DNA of 64,000 nt, taken from positions 10,974,001 to 11,038,000 of the forward strand of contig NC_047080.1 in the NCBI RefSeq assembly GCF_902459465.1, written 5' to 3'. This DNA comes from Asterias rubens. Lineage: Eukaryota. The notes under the pieces are model-generated. The model made no database searches. It was given only the letters and a program-made list of their open reading frames with translations, and was not told the origin of the DNA. Below are positions 52,801-64,000 of the stretch, in pieces (within the stretch, counting starts at the first letter, position 1; each line of letters opens with the position of its first letter). Made by a program: the position numbers and the translations under genes.

Positions 52801-55800
52801 AAGCCCAGTGGTATAAGCATCGGCCCATTAAGCTCATGACCGGACAAGTCCGGCCTATCAGCTTTTAAAACTTAGCAACATAACTGTTACGTTATATGTT
52901 ATACCGCCCTCTTGTGTTGGTAACTATAGGCAGTTGCCATGCGAGCAGCCATTTTGTATTACATGTGATTCCTGAGAGTACGAGAACATGACCCGATGAT
53001 ACTACACCAGAAATGTGTCTTTGTCTCTATTTATAAACTATAAATAACATGGTGTCAGAAGTGGGATTCGAACCCACAACAATAACCTCACTGTGCAGAA
53101 ACTTTTATTGAATCAAAAACGGTACTCATGGTATACTTTGAGTGTAATAATTATCTTTCACTTGTGTTGAGAATCAAAGTATACTCACCCATAAGACATT
53201 CATTCTAACGGCTCCCACCAGACAAGACAAGCCAAGACAAGACAAGACCAGAAGACAAATGAAATAAATCTGGTTTTAGTGCTCGTTCGAATAAAAACAG
53301 TTTATGATAAACTGTAGCCTTTTTCATTTTGATCTGGTCTTATGGAAAACAAAATCCAGTCCACTAAAAATGTTGTGCTACAATCCCCACAGATTTTCCA
53401 CCCAAGTTTAAGCTCTGCATTAAAACTTATATCTTTGGATGGTTTATTCCTGCTATTTTTTTGTTAAATGTGAGATGCCACGTCGTTGTAATCTCCTCTC
53501 TAATGAGTTTTTTTTTACCTAAGATGGTTCCAGCGTATCCGGGTTTCCGTGGTCCAAGAGGCCCCCCTGGTCTCCCTGGGAGGAAAGGAGATGAAGGGCC
53601 ACCGGGTGTGGAAGGTTACCCGGGTGCAAAGGGTGGCATGGGGCGACGTGGTCTCCCTGGAATGCAAGGACCAAGGGGTAAAAGGGTGAGTGTCACTCAA
53701 ATTTCTACTCCGCAAGTCTCCCGAATTGCCTCCCAAAATCTAGTCCACGGCAGTAGAACATTATAATAAAAATAATAATAATGATAACCCGTTTTTAATA
53801 AGCGCTTTTCACACCCGGAGGGCGTCCCAAAGCGCTTCACATTATTACCCCATGTCACTGGGCCTTTATTCACTCCTTAAACCATCTCAGCTCCTTTGTG
53901 CAACATTAATATGTGCTACTCGCATCAATCACAAGAACCATCTCTGCCCTCACAGGTACCCATTTACCCCTGGGTGGAGAGAAGCAATTATAGTTAAGTA
54001 TCTTGCTCAGGGACACAAGCATCACGACCGGGATTCGAACCCACACTCCGGTGAACAGAAGCACCAGAGCTTGAGTTCGGTACTCTTATCCGCTTGGCCA
54101 CGACACCACATATAGCAAAACAAGTTTGTGAAAGAACATTTTCTACCCACCCAGCAAGTAGATACACATATGGTGTTACCAAACCAGACATACATTGGTA
54201 CCTCACCATGCAATTTCTAAAATCCTAGAAACCTAAAGCTTATGACAAAGCTACCAACTCTCCCTGCATGATTCTGCAGAAACTTCCCTGAAAGTAAATT
54301 AATCTTTCTAATGATCTAATTGGTAAAAACTTGCTGGTTGTGGAAACTTTGTCCCTTTGTCGTTTAATTGTTTATTCGTAAAACTGTAAGGTGATATATT
54401 TGTTTTCTCTATAGGGTCAACGTGGGTTACCGGGTCAGCGTGGAGATATGGGTGAACGAGGAGAAGATGTAAGTGTACTCCCCAAAAAAAAACTTTTTTA
54501 GTGGTCAGTGTTTGACATAGTTAAAAAAAATGTTTATCGATGTCTACAAGTTACATATTTCCCTTTTGTGTCTTTGTTATTTTTATTGTCTGGATCACCT
54601 TTAGATAGTGATTATTGCCTATTGTGTGTACTGTTTGCCTAAAAATAAATAAATAAATAAATGGTTTTAGGAGATTTATTTTTATTTTATTTTAGGGAAG
54701 AGATGGAGTGAAGGGTACACCGGGGATCCTGGGGTCAATCGGTGCCAATGGTCAGCGGGGACTACTTGGGCAGACAGGTGCTATGGGAGACCCAGTAAGT
54801 GCCAATCAATCACAAGAATTGTCTCTTTACATCTTCATTGACACCACAAAGTGCTCTGAAGTTTTCTCTTTATTAAGAAAACTATATAGTTGAAAACACA
54901 ATGAAATTATAAAGGATATTGTTGTTTTAAAAAGTGTTTCAACTTTCAACTCTGTTCTCTTTGACTATCGAAAAACAATTAAACTGCAAGTTTTCTTTGA
55001 TGCAATTTTTACTAGTACTATGGTAGGTTTGTTTCAGTTCATAGCCAGCTTGGTCAGCATGGGACATTTTCAAGCAAGCATGAACTAACTTCAATAACTG
55101 AGAGTCTACTTTGGACATTAAAAATTGGACATTTGAAATGACATAATTTTCTCTCTACAGGGTCAAAGAGGTCAGACAGGTACACCAGGAATGCCAGGGT
55201 TTCCAGTAAGTAAATATTGTGCATTTTACTTAAAGACAGTGGACACAATTGGCAATTAATCAAAATAATTTTTGGCGTAAAAACCGAACTTGGTATTGAG
55301 TATTAAAATGGGGAGAGTTTTCGAGAAAGAAGTAATTTCCCACGAAGTCGATTTCGAGACCTCAAGTTTAGAATTTGAGGTCTCGAAATCAAGCATCTGA
55401 AAGCACACAACTTTGTGTGACAAGGGTGTTTTTTTTCTTTCATAGTTATCTCGCAACTCCGACGACCGATCGAGCTCAAATTTTCACAGGTTTGTTATTT
55501 TATGCATATGTTGAGATACAGCAAGTAAGAAGACCGGTCTTTGACATTTACCAATAGTGTCCACTGAGTATATGGACCATGTGGCTCCGTTTCTTTCCCT
55601 GCCTTTTCAACTCTTTGGGTTTTCAGTCCCTAACTGATTGCGTGGGTTTTCCCCTCCCAAATCTAAAAACCGTGCATTTGTTTTTGTTATCTATTCATCT
55701 TGTTATTAAAGCTGATTGTGCTATTTGATAATTAACAAAATATATATTAAAAATAGTAGAATGGATTTATGATGAGAATGCACTTCTTAAAGAAAAATAA

Positions 55801-58800
55801 GAAACACAAAAAATCTTGTGTGTGGACAATTTTCTTTGAAATATTCAAGACATATGCAGTTGGCTTGAATCGACTGAAGACGTAGGAGTTATTTGAACTT
55901 CTGTGTTTGACATTTTTCTAGGGCTTCATTGGACATCCTGGACCTGAAGGGGAAGCAGGGGAACCAGGTGAGGGTTCAGAACCTGGACCGTCTGGACCGA
56001 AAGGGGGCAAAGGAGAACCGGTACGTTGTAGACGTTGGAAATAAATATACAAACATTGAGTTATCTTTTATATCAATGAATATCACGAAAGAATTTCAGC
56101 TTATCAAATGAATTTTCTACAAAACACAGCCATTACGTTAATTTTGTTTACGGTCGACTAGTATCACTAGTCATCCTCAGAACGAGGCACCACCCAGTCG
56201 GTTGGTGGCGCTGTTTATATCAATGAAATAGAAATTGGCCCTGAGGTTGATTTCACAAAGAGATAAGACTAGTCTTATCTTGAGTAAGGACGAGTTACTC
56301 GTCCTAACTTAGGACTAGCTATACATTTTTAATATATCTCTAGGTACTAGTGCTAAGTTAGGACTAGTGCTAACTCTTTGTGAAATCGACCTCTGGTCTC
56401 TTGCTTGTAGAATAAGGCCAAGCTTCACAGGGTCTTAAAATCTTAACTCTTGTTATTCGGTTTGCTTTTCACAGGGACCGCCAGGGTTCACTGGGTATCC
56501 GGGAATGGATGGCGACCCAGGGGATGAGGTGAGTTGGTGTTCATTTTATCGCCATAAATTTTCAAACAAACAGAACAGTTTGTGGCCTGACGTTTTTACC
56601 CCAACCGGTTTTTACGCATTTTTTTCCCCAGCCTTTGAGAAGGACACGACTGCTAACTTGGTCAAAACTATTCTTTTCTCCATTTATATCATCAGTTCTT
56701 TTGGTTTGATGAGCAGTTTGCAACGTACTCATCCATATATTTGTTTTTTCCTGGCACCATTTTATATCAATGAACATTTATTTTGGACAAATTAAAGTAA
56801 AGCTTTTATACATTTTTTACATTTTTCACTTCATTCTTGATTCTGTTTTCTCGTTAAGGGAAGAAATGGTTCGTTTGGTTTGCCTGGTGGAACAGGCACA
56901 CAGGGCCCAGTCGGCAGACGGGGTGAGCAAGGGCCACCAGGAGAGCCTGGACCCAAGGTAAGGAAACAATCTTGTACCTGTTTCTGTTATGAAAGGCTAA
57001 GTCACTTTTAATCAATGACATTCTATATTCAAAACCTGTTGACTCCCCGTACTACAAGACCGGGTCTCAGATTCACCAGCAACATGCTCCTTGTTCCCCG
57101 GTCTCGTCTAGCCAGCTACGGGGACAGGGGGTTTTCCATTACAGCACCCAGGCTCTGGAATTCACTCCCTGAAAACCTCAGGAAAATCCATGACATCTCC
57201 ATCTTTCAGCATCAACTTAAAACACACCTGTTCACACTTGCTTTCCCCAACACTTGAGAATTTTCCCTCTTTCCATCTTGACCGGCGCCTTTGAATGGTT
57301 TTTCACCAGATTTAGCGCGCCTTTATAAATGCTGTGTTATTATTATTATTATTCTATGAGGAGATGAGGTCTGGTAGGAGGCTGATAAGTCTCAACTACG
57401 GAACAACAATACACTGTTGTATAGAGGATTTGAGGCTTTACCGAACATCTGCTCCGCGGTAGTAGAACAAAGCAAGACAGTTCTCTAAGAACAAACTCTA
57501 CCTGGCAAGTAGATACACACATGGTGTTACCACAAACCAAATATAAAATATACTGTTGTTTTAGAAAAGAGTTAAATATCTATTGCAATAGGTAATTAAC
57601 TTTTTTTCTACCACATTCTATTTGTATTTTTTACAGCAGCCAGTAACTTTTAATCTTTTTTTGATGTGCCCTTGTCTAATTCAGTTTTGAGTTTCATAGT
57701 GTAGATATTGGGTTACTTCAGCATAGTTTGTTATTCAGAAATTAAACAAAATACTTTTTTACTATTATGAGCGTGTTTGCATGTTAATATCCATTAAATG
57801 GATAATAAACATGGAATTGAATTGAGTTCATAATTGACTTAAAATTTGGGCAGATTTTATTCACGGTGTGTATGGCTCTATTACTTTGAAACAAAATTGT
57901 TGTGTTTTTTCTTGTTGTGCTGGTCAGGGCAGGAACGGCAGCCAGGGTTACCAAGGGGCCAGGGGTAGGATCGGACTTTCTGGAGACACAGGCAGACCAG
58001 GAGCAACTGGACCTAAAGGGCTATTGGTGAGTCAGTTCTATAACCTCTGAATCAATATTATCACTACAGTAAACAAATCATTGTATACATTTGTTTATTT
58101 TATTTTATTTTATTTTATTTTATTTTATATAAAATTATTATTGCAAAAAATAGTTAATTGCCTGATGTTTTTACTCTAGCAGAGTCTTTTAGTTTAGCCT
58201 TTTAGAAATAATCTGCTATAGGTAAAAATGTAAAGTCATTAACCAATTTGTTTTTATAGTTAATACTAGATCCTTCTGGTTGGGTAGCAGTATACAACAA
58301 CTAAAATTATTATTTGGCGCATGCTCAATATTGATGCCCACTTCCAATTTTTATTTTTATTTCTCACCCTCTCTCTTAAAAACAACACACACAATTTTGC
58401 ATAAATTTCAAGCAGTATTATCACACAGAATGATTTGGGTATCAGTTCCCTTTCACTAGGACGCATATGTTGATGTCATTGCCCCACAACTTATTCACCT
58501 CTTACTTTTCATAATTTGACATGAAGGGTCGAGATGGTCCTGAAGGCGCTCCTGGTGAGTCTGGATTAGAGGGGTATGAAGGTGACCGCGGCGAGAAGGG
58601 TATAGTCGGACCAACAGGTCCTCAAGGACAACGGGTGAGTTGCAGAAAGCACTTCTTTTTATTCCTGTGTTTTCAAAACTATCATTCCGTTTTTAGACGG
58701 TATACAAGTAATGCCGTCTTTTTGTTCTTCACAATATTTTTGAAAAAGTGTTTTGATTGAATACGACAATCTTTAATTGTATTTATAGAAAAAAGAAAAA

Positions 58801-61800
58801 AAATCAACACAAGTTGGCAGAATCCTTCACTTCTATTTAAAGTGAAACTGTGTGTAAAATGAAATTTTAAAATTACCATCAGAGCCTCCAGTTCCGGGAA
58901 GTAAGTCGGGTTTTCTTGGACTAAATCCCTTTTTTTTCTCTCTCTTCTCCTTGTTCTTTCTTCCCCTCAACACTTTTCATAAAAATTCACAACAATTTAA
59001 AATTGAGTTTTTCAACAGTATGTTATTAACTGCCAAAATAAATGGGATCTGAATTTATAGTTCAGGTTTTAAATCACCTGGTTAGAAAATAACCCGGGGT
59101 GGATTTCACAAAGAGTTAGGACTAGTCCTAACTTAGGACTAGTCCTAGGAGATGTCAAAACGTACAGCTAGTCCTAAGTTAGAACGAGTATTACGTGAGA
59201 TAAGACTAGTCTTAACTCTTTGTGAAATCCACGCCAGGGTTCCCAAGACAAACTAATGACAACAAATTGTTTATTGTCTCTGGTTACTTTAGGGTGAATC
59301 AGGATTGGATGGTGACAATGGTATACCTGGAGTAAAAGGAGAAAAGGTAAGTTAACGATTTGCGTCGGATTGATGTAATTTTCGCCCTAATAAATCAGTA
59401 GCTTGAAGGCAAAGTTATTTGGATATGATTCCCAAATTAAGCCACAGTTCAGATTATACGGTCTTTCGTGAGGGTTAGGGATATTATGAGGTGAAACTGC
59501 AACAAAATTGAAAGGATAAAAAAAGAGTTTGTTGGTTCGAATTCCACCTGAGTAATTTGCCAGTGGATTTTTTCGAAGGACTCGGGAAAGAATTGATCAG
59601 ACATAGGTATTATAATGTATGGGTAAAACCAAATTATATAGAAAGGTTGGGGTGGTTCTGAAAAGAACCGTTGGTTTCAACGTCGAGTTGAAACCAAAGG
59701 TGCTTTTAAGAACCACCCCAACTCATTAGAGATAGTCATTACATGGTGTTACCGCAAACCTTTCAAAGTTTCAAATCCTACTTATATTGACCAAGTTAAC
59801 TTACAATCTATAAAATACATATGCATAGTTTAATTATTGCTGTTGTTATTTTTCACAGGGTGATCTTGGACCTAATGGATTTGCAGGGTATCCCGGTTAC
59901 CGTGGTAACAGGGGTCTGCCAGGTATTGACGGCATACCTGGAAATATGGGTGATGTGGTCAGTTTATCCCTATTATTATTGCAATAATGCAGAGTTTTAT
60001 TGAGATTTATAATTTTACTCAAGTTTTTTCTGGTTTATGAAACTCATATAGCCTGTGAACATTTCTAAAATCCTAGACCTTGTGTATATTTAGGTCAGCC
60101 CTTGTTTTTAACCAATATGACTTTGCTCCTCTCTCCTACAGTTAGACTAAACTAATTTGCTTTACAATTCAATTTGCAAATTGTGTGTCTTCATTTTGTA
60201 TGCATTGTTGGCAAATTGTTCAGTACCTTTTGAGGAGATCAAGGCCTAAACAAAAAGGGAAAATAAAAGGTCTCCATCCATGAGGGAGTTCTAAAGACTG
60301 GGGTTCTCCCCAAGGACATTTTTGTCAAAAGTACATGGGAATAAAGGTTAAGTGCACTGTTAAAGGAAAGAACAAAAGAATACTCCATACATTTTTGAGA
60401 TGGTGTAAACCAGTTTTGACTCGCTCTGTGTAAATGAGTCAGATGTTGACAATTTAAAAAATTGAGTTATATGCAAGGCTGGAAAGAACACACCAGCAGC
60501 AGTAATTTGGTATTTAATATGTCTTAGCTTTTGGGTGTATCGTGATGCTGAGTTACTCCCGTTGAAATTTGCCAGTGTCTTTTTTTTCCCGACTTACAAG
60601 TAAAGTGATGTTTTAAATTTACCATTTCGAGCAAAACGATACAAATTAGACTAGTATGATCACAAAATTGTTGTACTCATAGCTTTTATGCCTTAACAGT
60701 GTTTTAAAGGTTTACAATCAAATATAAATCTTAAAAAGTAAAAAAAAAAAAAAAAAAAAAACACTGTCCATTACTCAATAATGCGTTGGGCGACATCTGA
60801 CTAAAAAATTTTCACAGAGTGGGTCACATTTGAATTTACACACTGATCCTTTTAATTTTTTTAACAGGGAGATCCTGGTCCCATTGGTGCACCTGGTAAC
60901 AACGGTACTGAAGTAAAAGGTCCTCAAGGTTTTGCAGGTCCAGTGGGTCCCCCTGGACCGCCTGGTTTACCTGGTTATTCAGGTACACCGGGGTCGAGGG
61001 GACCAACAGGACCTGCTGGGGAAGCAGGTGTGACTGGTGTTCACGGTATAAACGGAACAAAAGGAAGGGTGGTAAGCTGTTATTATTTTTCTCCAACTGT
61101 AACTAAATTTTACTATTCATGAATGTTATTATATAAGAAAGTGTTTAAAAAATTACTTATTTTTCAGTTATATAATGCTGTGATGGAACTCTTGACGCCT
61201 GATCCTAAAAAACACAGTTTATAGTCATCGCTGAGTCTTATATACTGTGTTTATTTTATTATCGCACGTCAAGATTCCCATTGTGTGACCATTGCGCGAG
61301 CATCACACGACCGATTATAAACGAGCCTTAAGACAAATATACATCTCTTTCCAGGGAGTGGCGGGTTTGCCTGGGTATCCTGGTGAAGGCGGCTTTACAG
61401 GTATAACTGTAAGTATGATTTTGTAAGGTGATGAGTTTGAGTCTTGGTCGTGACACTTGCTCAACCGTTTTAAACAAGAGTGTTTACAGAGCAGTTTCTT
61501 ATGGAAGCCAATCTAGAAGGTCTTTTTACCACCTGCAGTATGCAACATCTGTTTCAGCACAGTTTTTAATGTTTTTTTTTTTTAAATTGTCCTAAAACAC
61601 AATTTTGTAACATTGTTTGCCCACCCATAATGCTATTGATATCATTTTGTTATCTCTTTTTAACAGGGAAAAAAGGGTGAAGTTGGATACGAAGGTCTAG
61701 CCGGTCAGCTCGGTGAAAGAGTAAGTTCTTTAATAATATAGTAGTATCTTTTGCATCGGGATAAAGACTCTGTTAGGGTTGAAACGTCAGGCCTTTAACT

Positions 61801-63938
61801 ATTTCTGGCAATGTTTATTACTTGACAGGGTGAACCTGGTAAGCCAGGTCTGAAGGGTAAGCCAAGAAAGCCTGGTCTTCCAGGATCACCTGCTTCAGAT
61901 GGTTACAGAGGGGATGAGAAAGACTCTGCTAGGGTTGAAACATCTAGCCATTAACTCTTTTTTCTCAATGTTTATTACTTGACAGGGTGAACGTGGTAAG
62001 CCAGGTCTGAAGGTTGAGCCAGGAGACCTGGTCTTCCAGCTAGGGTTTAAACGTTTAGCCATTAACTATTTTTTTCTCAATGTTACTTGACAGGGTGAAC
62101 GTGGTAATTAAGCCAGGAGAGCCTGGTCTTCCAGCCAGGGTTTAAACGTCTAGCCATTAACTATTTTTTCTCAATGTTTATTACTTGACAGGGTGAACCT
62201 GGTAAGCCAGGTCTGAAGGGTGAGCCAGGAGAACCTGGTCTTGCAGGATCGCCAGCTTCAGATGGTTACAGAGGGGATGAAGGGATGATCGGGGAGGATG
62301 GTGAGATGGGACCAAGAGGAGCTGATGGACCCCCGGTAAGTCAAGAAAAATGAAGACCTTTTTGAAGGCTTCTTTTGTTTGCTTGCTATAGTGTTCAAAT
62401 TTAAAGACACTAGACACCTTTGGTAATTGTCAAAGACCAGTCTTCTCACTTGGTGTATCTCAACATATGCACAAAATAACAAACCTGTGAAGTTGCGAGG
62501 TAATAATAGAAGAAAAAACACCCTTGTCACACAAAGTTGTGTGCTTTCAGACGCTTTCGAGGCCTAAAATTCTATTTCTGAGGTATCAAAACAAAATGAA
62601 ATTATCCTTTTTTCCAAAAACTACGTTACTTCAGAGGAGCCGTTTTTCACAATGTTTTATACTTTCAACAGCTCTCCATTGATCGTTAACAAGTAAGTTT
62701 TTATGGTAATACTTATTTTGAGTAATAACTAATAATATCCACTGCCTTTAAAGAGCTCAAATTAGAATTGGTTGGGTATCCTCAAGTCAACCCAATCAGG
62801 GTTTGAAAAAAGCTTTTTTTTATTTTATACTAAATACTTTTATATATCAATCTTCTTACAGGGTGTTAAAGGACCAACTGGAGTGGCTGGAGATCCGGGC
62901 AAGAGGGGGCCACCGGTAAAGTGTTTATGTTTATCTCCATATCTTTGTAACTTGAGACAAATGTGGAAAAACAAATTAATTGGAGACTGTTGGGGACAGT
63001 AGGTGGTTAAGCATGCAGACTAACCATGTAAACCCAAATTGGGGAGGTGAGGTAGTGCTTTCTGCTCTACTGCCAGCCTTCGGACTGATGATACCCAAGC
63101 CTAGTTAAGTTTCGAACAGTTTACAAAATTCTTCTGTTATCTTTCAAGGCTCAAACATGTCAATCTCCTGCTTATTTATCTGAACTTGTTCATCATTATT
63201 CCCCTACTCGGACTTTACGATCATCTCAACAATCATTGCTTTCTGCTACTAGAGCTTCTTCCATTTTTTATGGCCACAGATCTTTTTCTTACGCTGCACC
63301 GTTTCTTTGGAATAGTCTTCCTGTGCATATTCGCCAAGCTAATACTTTACAATGTTTTAAGTCCTTGTTGAAAACTCATTTGTTTAAAGCTTCTTTTTTG
63401 TAATTTGCCTATTTGTATCTTGTATCTTTCTCTAATTGTTTATTTTATTGTTTCTTTTAATGCGCTTAGAGGCTTTTGCATTAGGCACTTTACAAATGTC
63501 TTATTATTATTATTATTATTATTATTACATCCGTATGGACTGTAAAGGGGGTAACCCTGTTTCAGCCCTAGGAGTAGGTGGCAACGGCCTCTGGAAAAAA
63601 ACAATTGTAGCCCACACCTTGAAGTGGCCTTCAGGCCTTGTGTGTCTGGCGACTTGCATAACAAAAAAATAACAAAAATTGTTGTCAGTAATGTGCACAT
63701 GCTCAGAACTACGTAAACAATAGAAAACAAAACTGTAAGAGCTGCTACCAAGCATGCTAGAAGTCTCCAATTCGGGTAGAAATAAAACAATGAATGTGTA
63801 GATCAATTCCTATTTTATTTTCCAGTTTTTAAAAACTTAAAACGGTGCGTTTTATGTAAGTTTTCTTCTTCTTCAATATTCAAGGGTGATCCTGGCGGAA
63901 AAGGCGAACCAGGAGAGGGTGGCAAAAGAGGAATGAGG
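37822..63938 (+). CDS. Fibrillar collagen alpha chain with N-terminal TSPN/LamG domain (clade B/C type, COL5/11/24/27-like); 3' end lies outside the window
   Basis: Tentative exon 1 37822-38086. TSPN exons 46926-47073, 48448-48612, 49208-49403, 50128-50211 ([31 protein letters not shown]; 4 Cys). Variable region 50704-50961 and 51491-51616; minor helix 52178-52282. Major helix exons 53524-53685, 54415-54468, 54696-54794, 55161-55205, 55922-56020, 56475-56528, 56859-56957, 57928-58026, 58527-58634, 59293-59346, 59859-59957, 60868-61071, 61355-61408, 61667-61720, 62192-62335, 62862-62915, 63885-63938. These are phase-0 exons of 45/54/99/108/144/162/204 nt giving about 168 triplets. Confidence 0.93.
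38237..38409. mobile_element. MITE-like element with TA|CACTG termini
   Basis: tacactggaaaa ... ttgctcagtttgagccaaaa ... ttttggctcaaactgagcc ... tttccagtgta. Confidence 0.6.
41004..41236. repeat. Long near-complete palindrome (foldback element) in collagen intron 1
   Basis: Outer arms tagtcttggtgcaagacgttt / aaacgtcttgcaccaagacta; inner 48-bp arms with 3 differences around a ~25-nt loop. Confidence 0.85.
47274..47460 (-). mobile_element. Non-LTR retrotransposon 3' end (C-terminal Cys/His knuckle, RTEX/I-group-like)
   Basis: Translation across one frameshift: [54 protein letters not shown], followed by gacacgataagaaaaagaa, a simple-repeat-like tail. Confidence 0.55.
48635..48698. repeat. (TTTG)n microsatellite
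   Basis: Imperfect tetranucleotide run just after collagen exon 3. Confidence 0.9.
52359..52645. mobile_element. Well-preserved MITE-like element (GGGCCCAATTTCATA family) in a collagen intron
   Basis: Perfect 27-bp TIR: cagggcccaatttcatagcgctgctta / taagcagcgctatgaaattgggccctg. Confidence 0.8.
53772..54108 (-). mobile_element. tRNA-derived SINE with L2-like 3' tail
   Basis: Minus strand: A-box-like tggccaagcgg, B box ggttcgaatccc, central gtgtccctgagcaagatacttaac ... aatgggtacc, tail aagcgctttggga ... aaagcgcttattaaa followed by (TAT)n. Confidence 0.8.
57015..57353 (+). mobile_element. L2/CR1-group LINE 3' fragment
   Basis: ORF2 C-terminus [32 protein letters not shown]...LKTHLF*, then a 3' UTR with gcgcctttgaat ... 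gcgcgcctttataaat and a (TAT)n tail. Confidence 0.88.
59095..59237. mobile_element. MITE-like element, GGGGT(C/G)GATTTCACAAAG TIR family with internal TAGGACTAGTCCTA palindromes
   Basis: ggggtggatttcacaaagagttaggactagt ... taactctttgtgaaatccacgcc. Other copies at 19935-20455 (interrupted), ~20790-20938, 43793-43990 and ~56240-56395. Confidence 0.75.
61760..62335 (+). repeat. Degenerate tandem array of acceptor plus exon start upstream of collagen exon 62192-62335
   Basis: ttacttgacag|ggtgaac at 61829, 61986, 62094 and the complete exon at 62192. Confidence 0.92.
62401..62751. mobile_element. TTAA-flanked non-autonomous DNA transposon in a collagen intron
   Basis: TTAA|agacactagacacctttggtaatt ... 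ccactgcct|TTAA; same body as the family above. Confidence 0.72.
63108..63527 (+). mobile_element. L2/CR1-group LINE 3' fragment
   Basis: Open frame [13 protein letters not shown]...SPAYLSEL...RTLRSSQ...[18 protein letters not shown]...[10 protein letters not shown]...*, then gcgcttagaggcttttgcattaggcactttacaaat and (TAT)n. Confidence 0.88.
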
Positions 63939-64000
63939 GTAAGTCAAGAAGTTTTCTGAAAGTGTCTCTGAAACTATTTCTTTCATCATTTGATTTTTCC

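Noticed and set aside
63060-63120. CTGATGA as a hammerhead ribozyme core (also 35955)
   Set aside because: No correctly placed stem II plus GAAA or cleavage triplet could be built.

Overview
Eukaryotic, intron-rich, AT-rich animal DNA. The repeat families and protein similarities suggest an invertebrate deuterostome, probably an echinoderm such as a sea star; this is inference. I built exon models by hand from GT-AG boundaries and phase continuity for six genes. In order: a nucleoside hydrolase (+, 4 exons), MRPL21 (-, 7 exons), an SLC5A3/SMIT1-like Na+/solute cotransporter (+, 14 exons), TBC1D15/17 (-, 15 exons), DHPS (-, 8 exons), and the 5' part of a TSPN-domain fibrillar collagen (+, 25 exons, running off the window). 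Introns are full of short foldback (MITE-like) elements, tRNA-related repeats and LINE 3' ends. Most ORFs in the supplied track are spurious. No CRISPR array or bona fide RNA gene was found. The most unusual signal is a set of local 'echo' copies of exon ends in the SLC5 gene. Two of them differ from the real exons almost only at synonymous sites (13 of 15 nucleotide changes), and one is phase-compatible as an alternative exon. A collagen exon has three upstream decoy acceptor copies. The collagen helix also carries Gly-X-Y imperfections and four N-glycosylation sequons.
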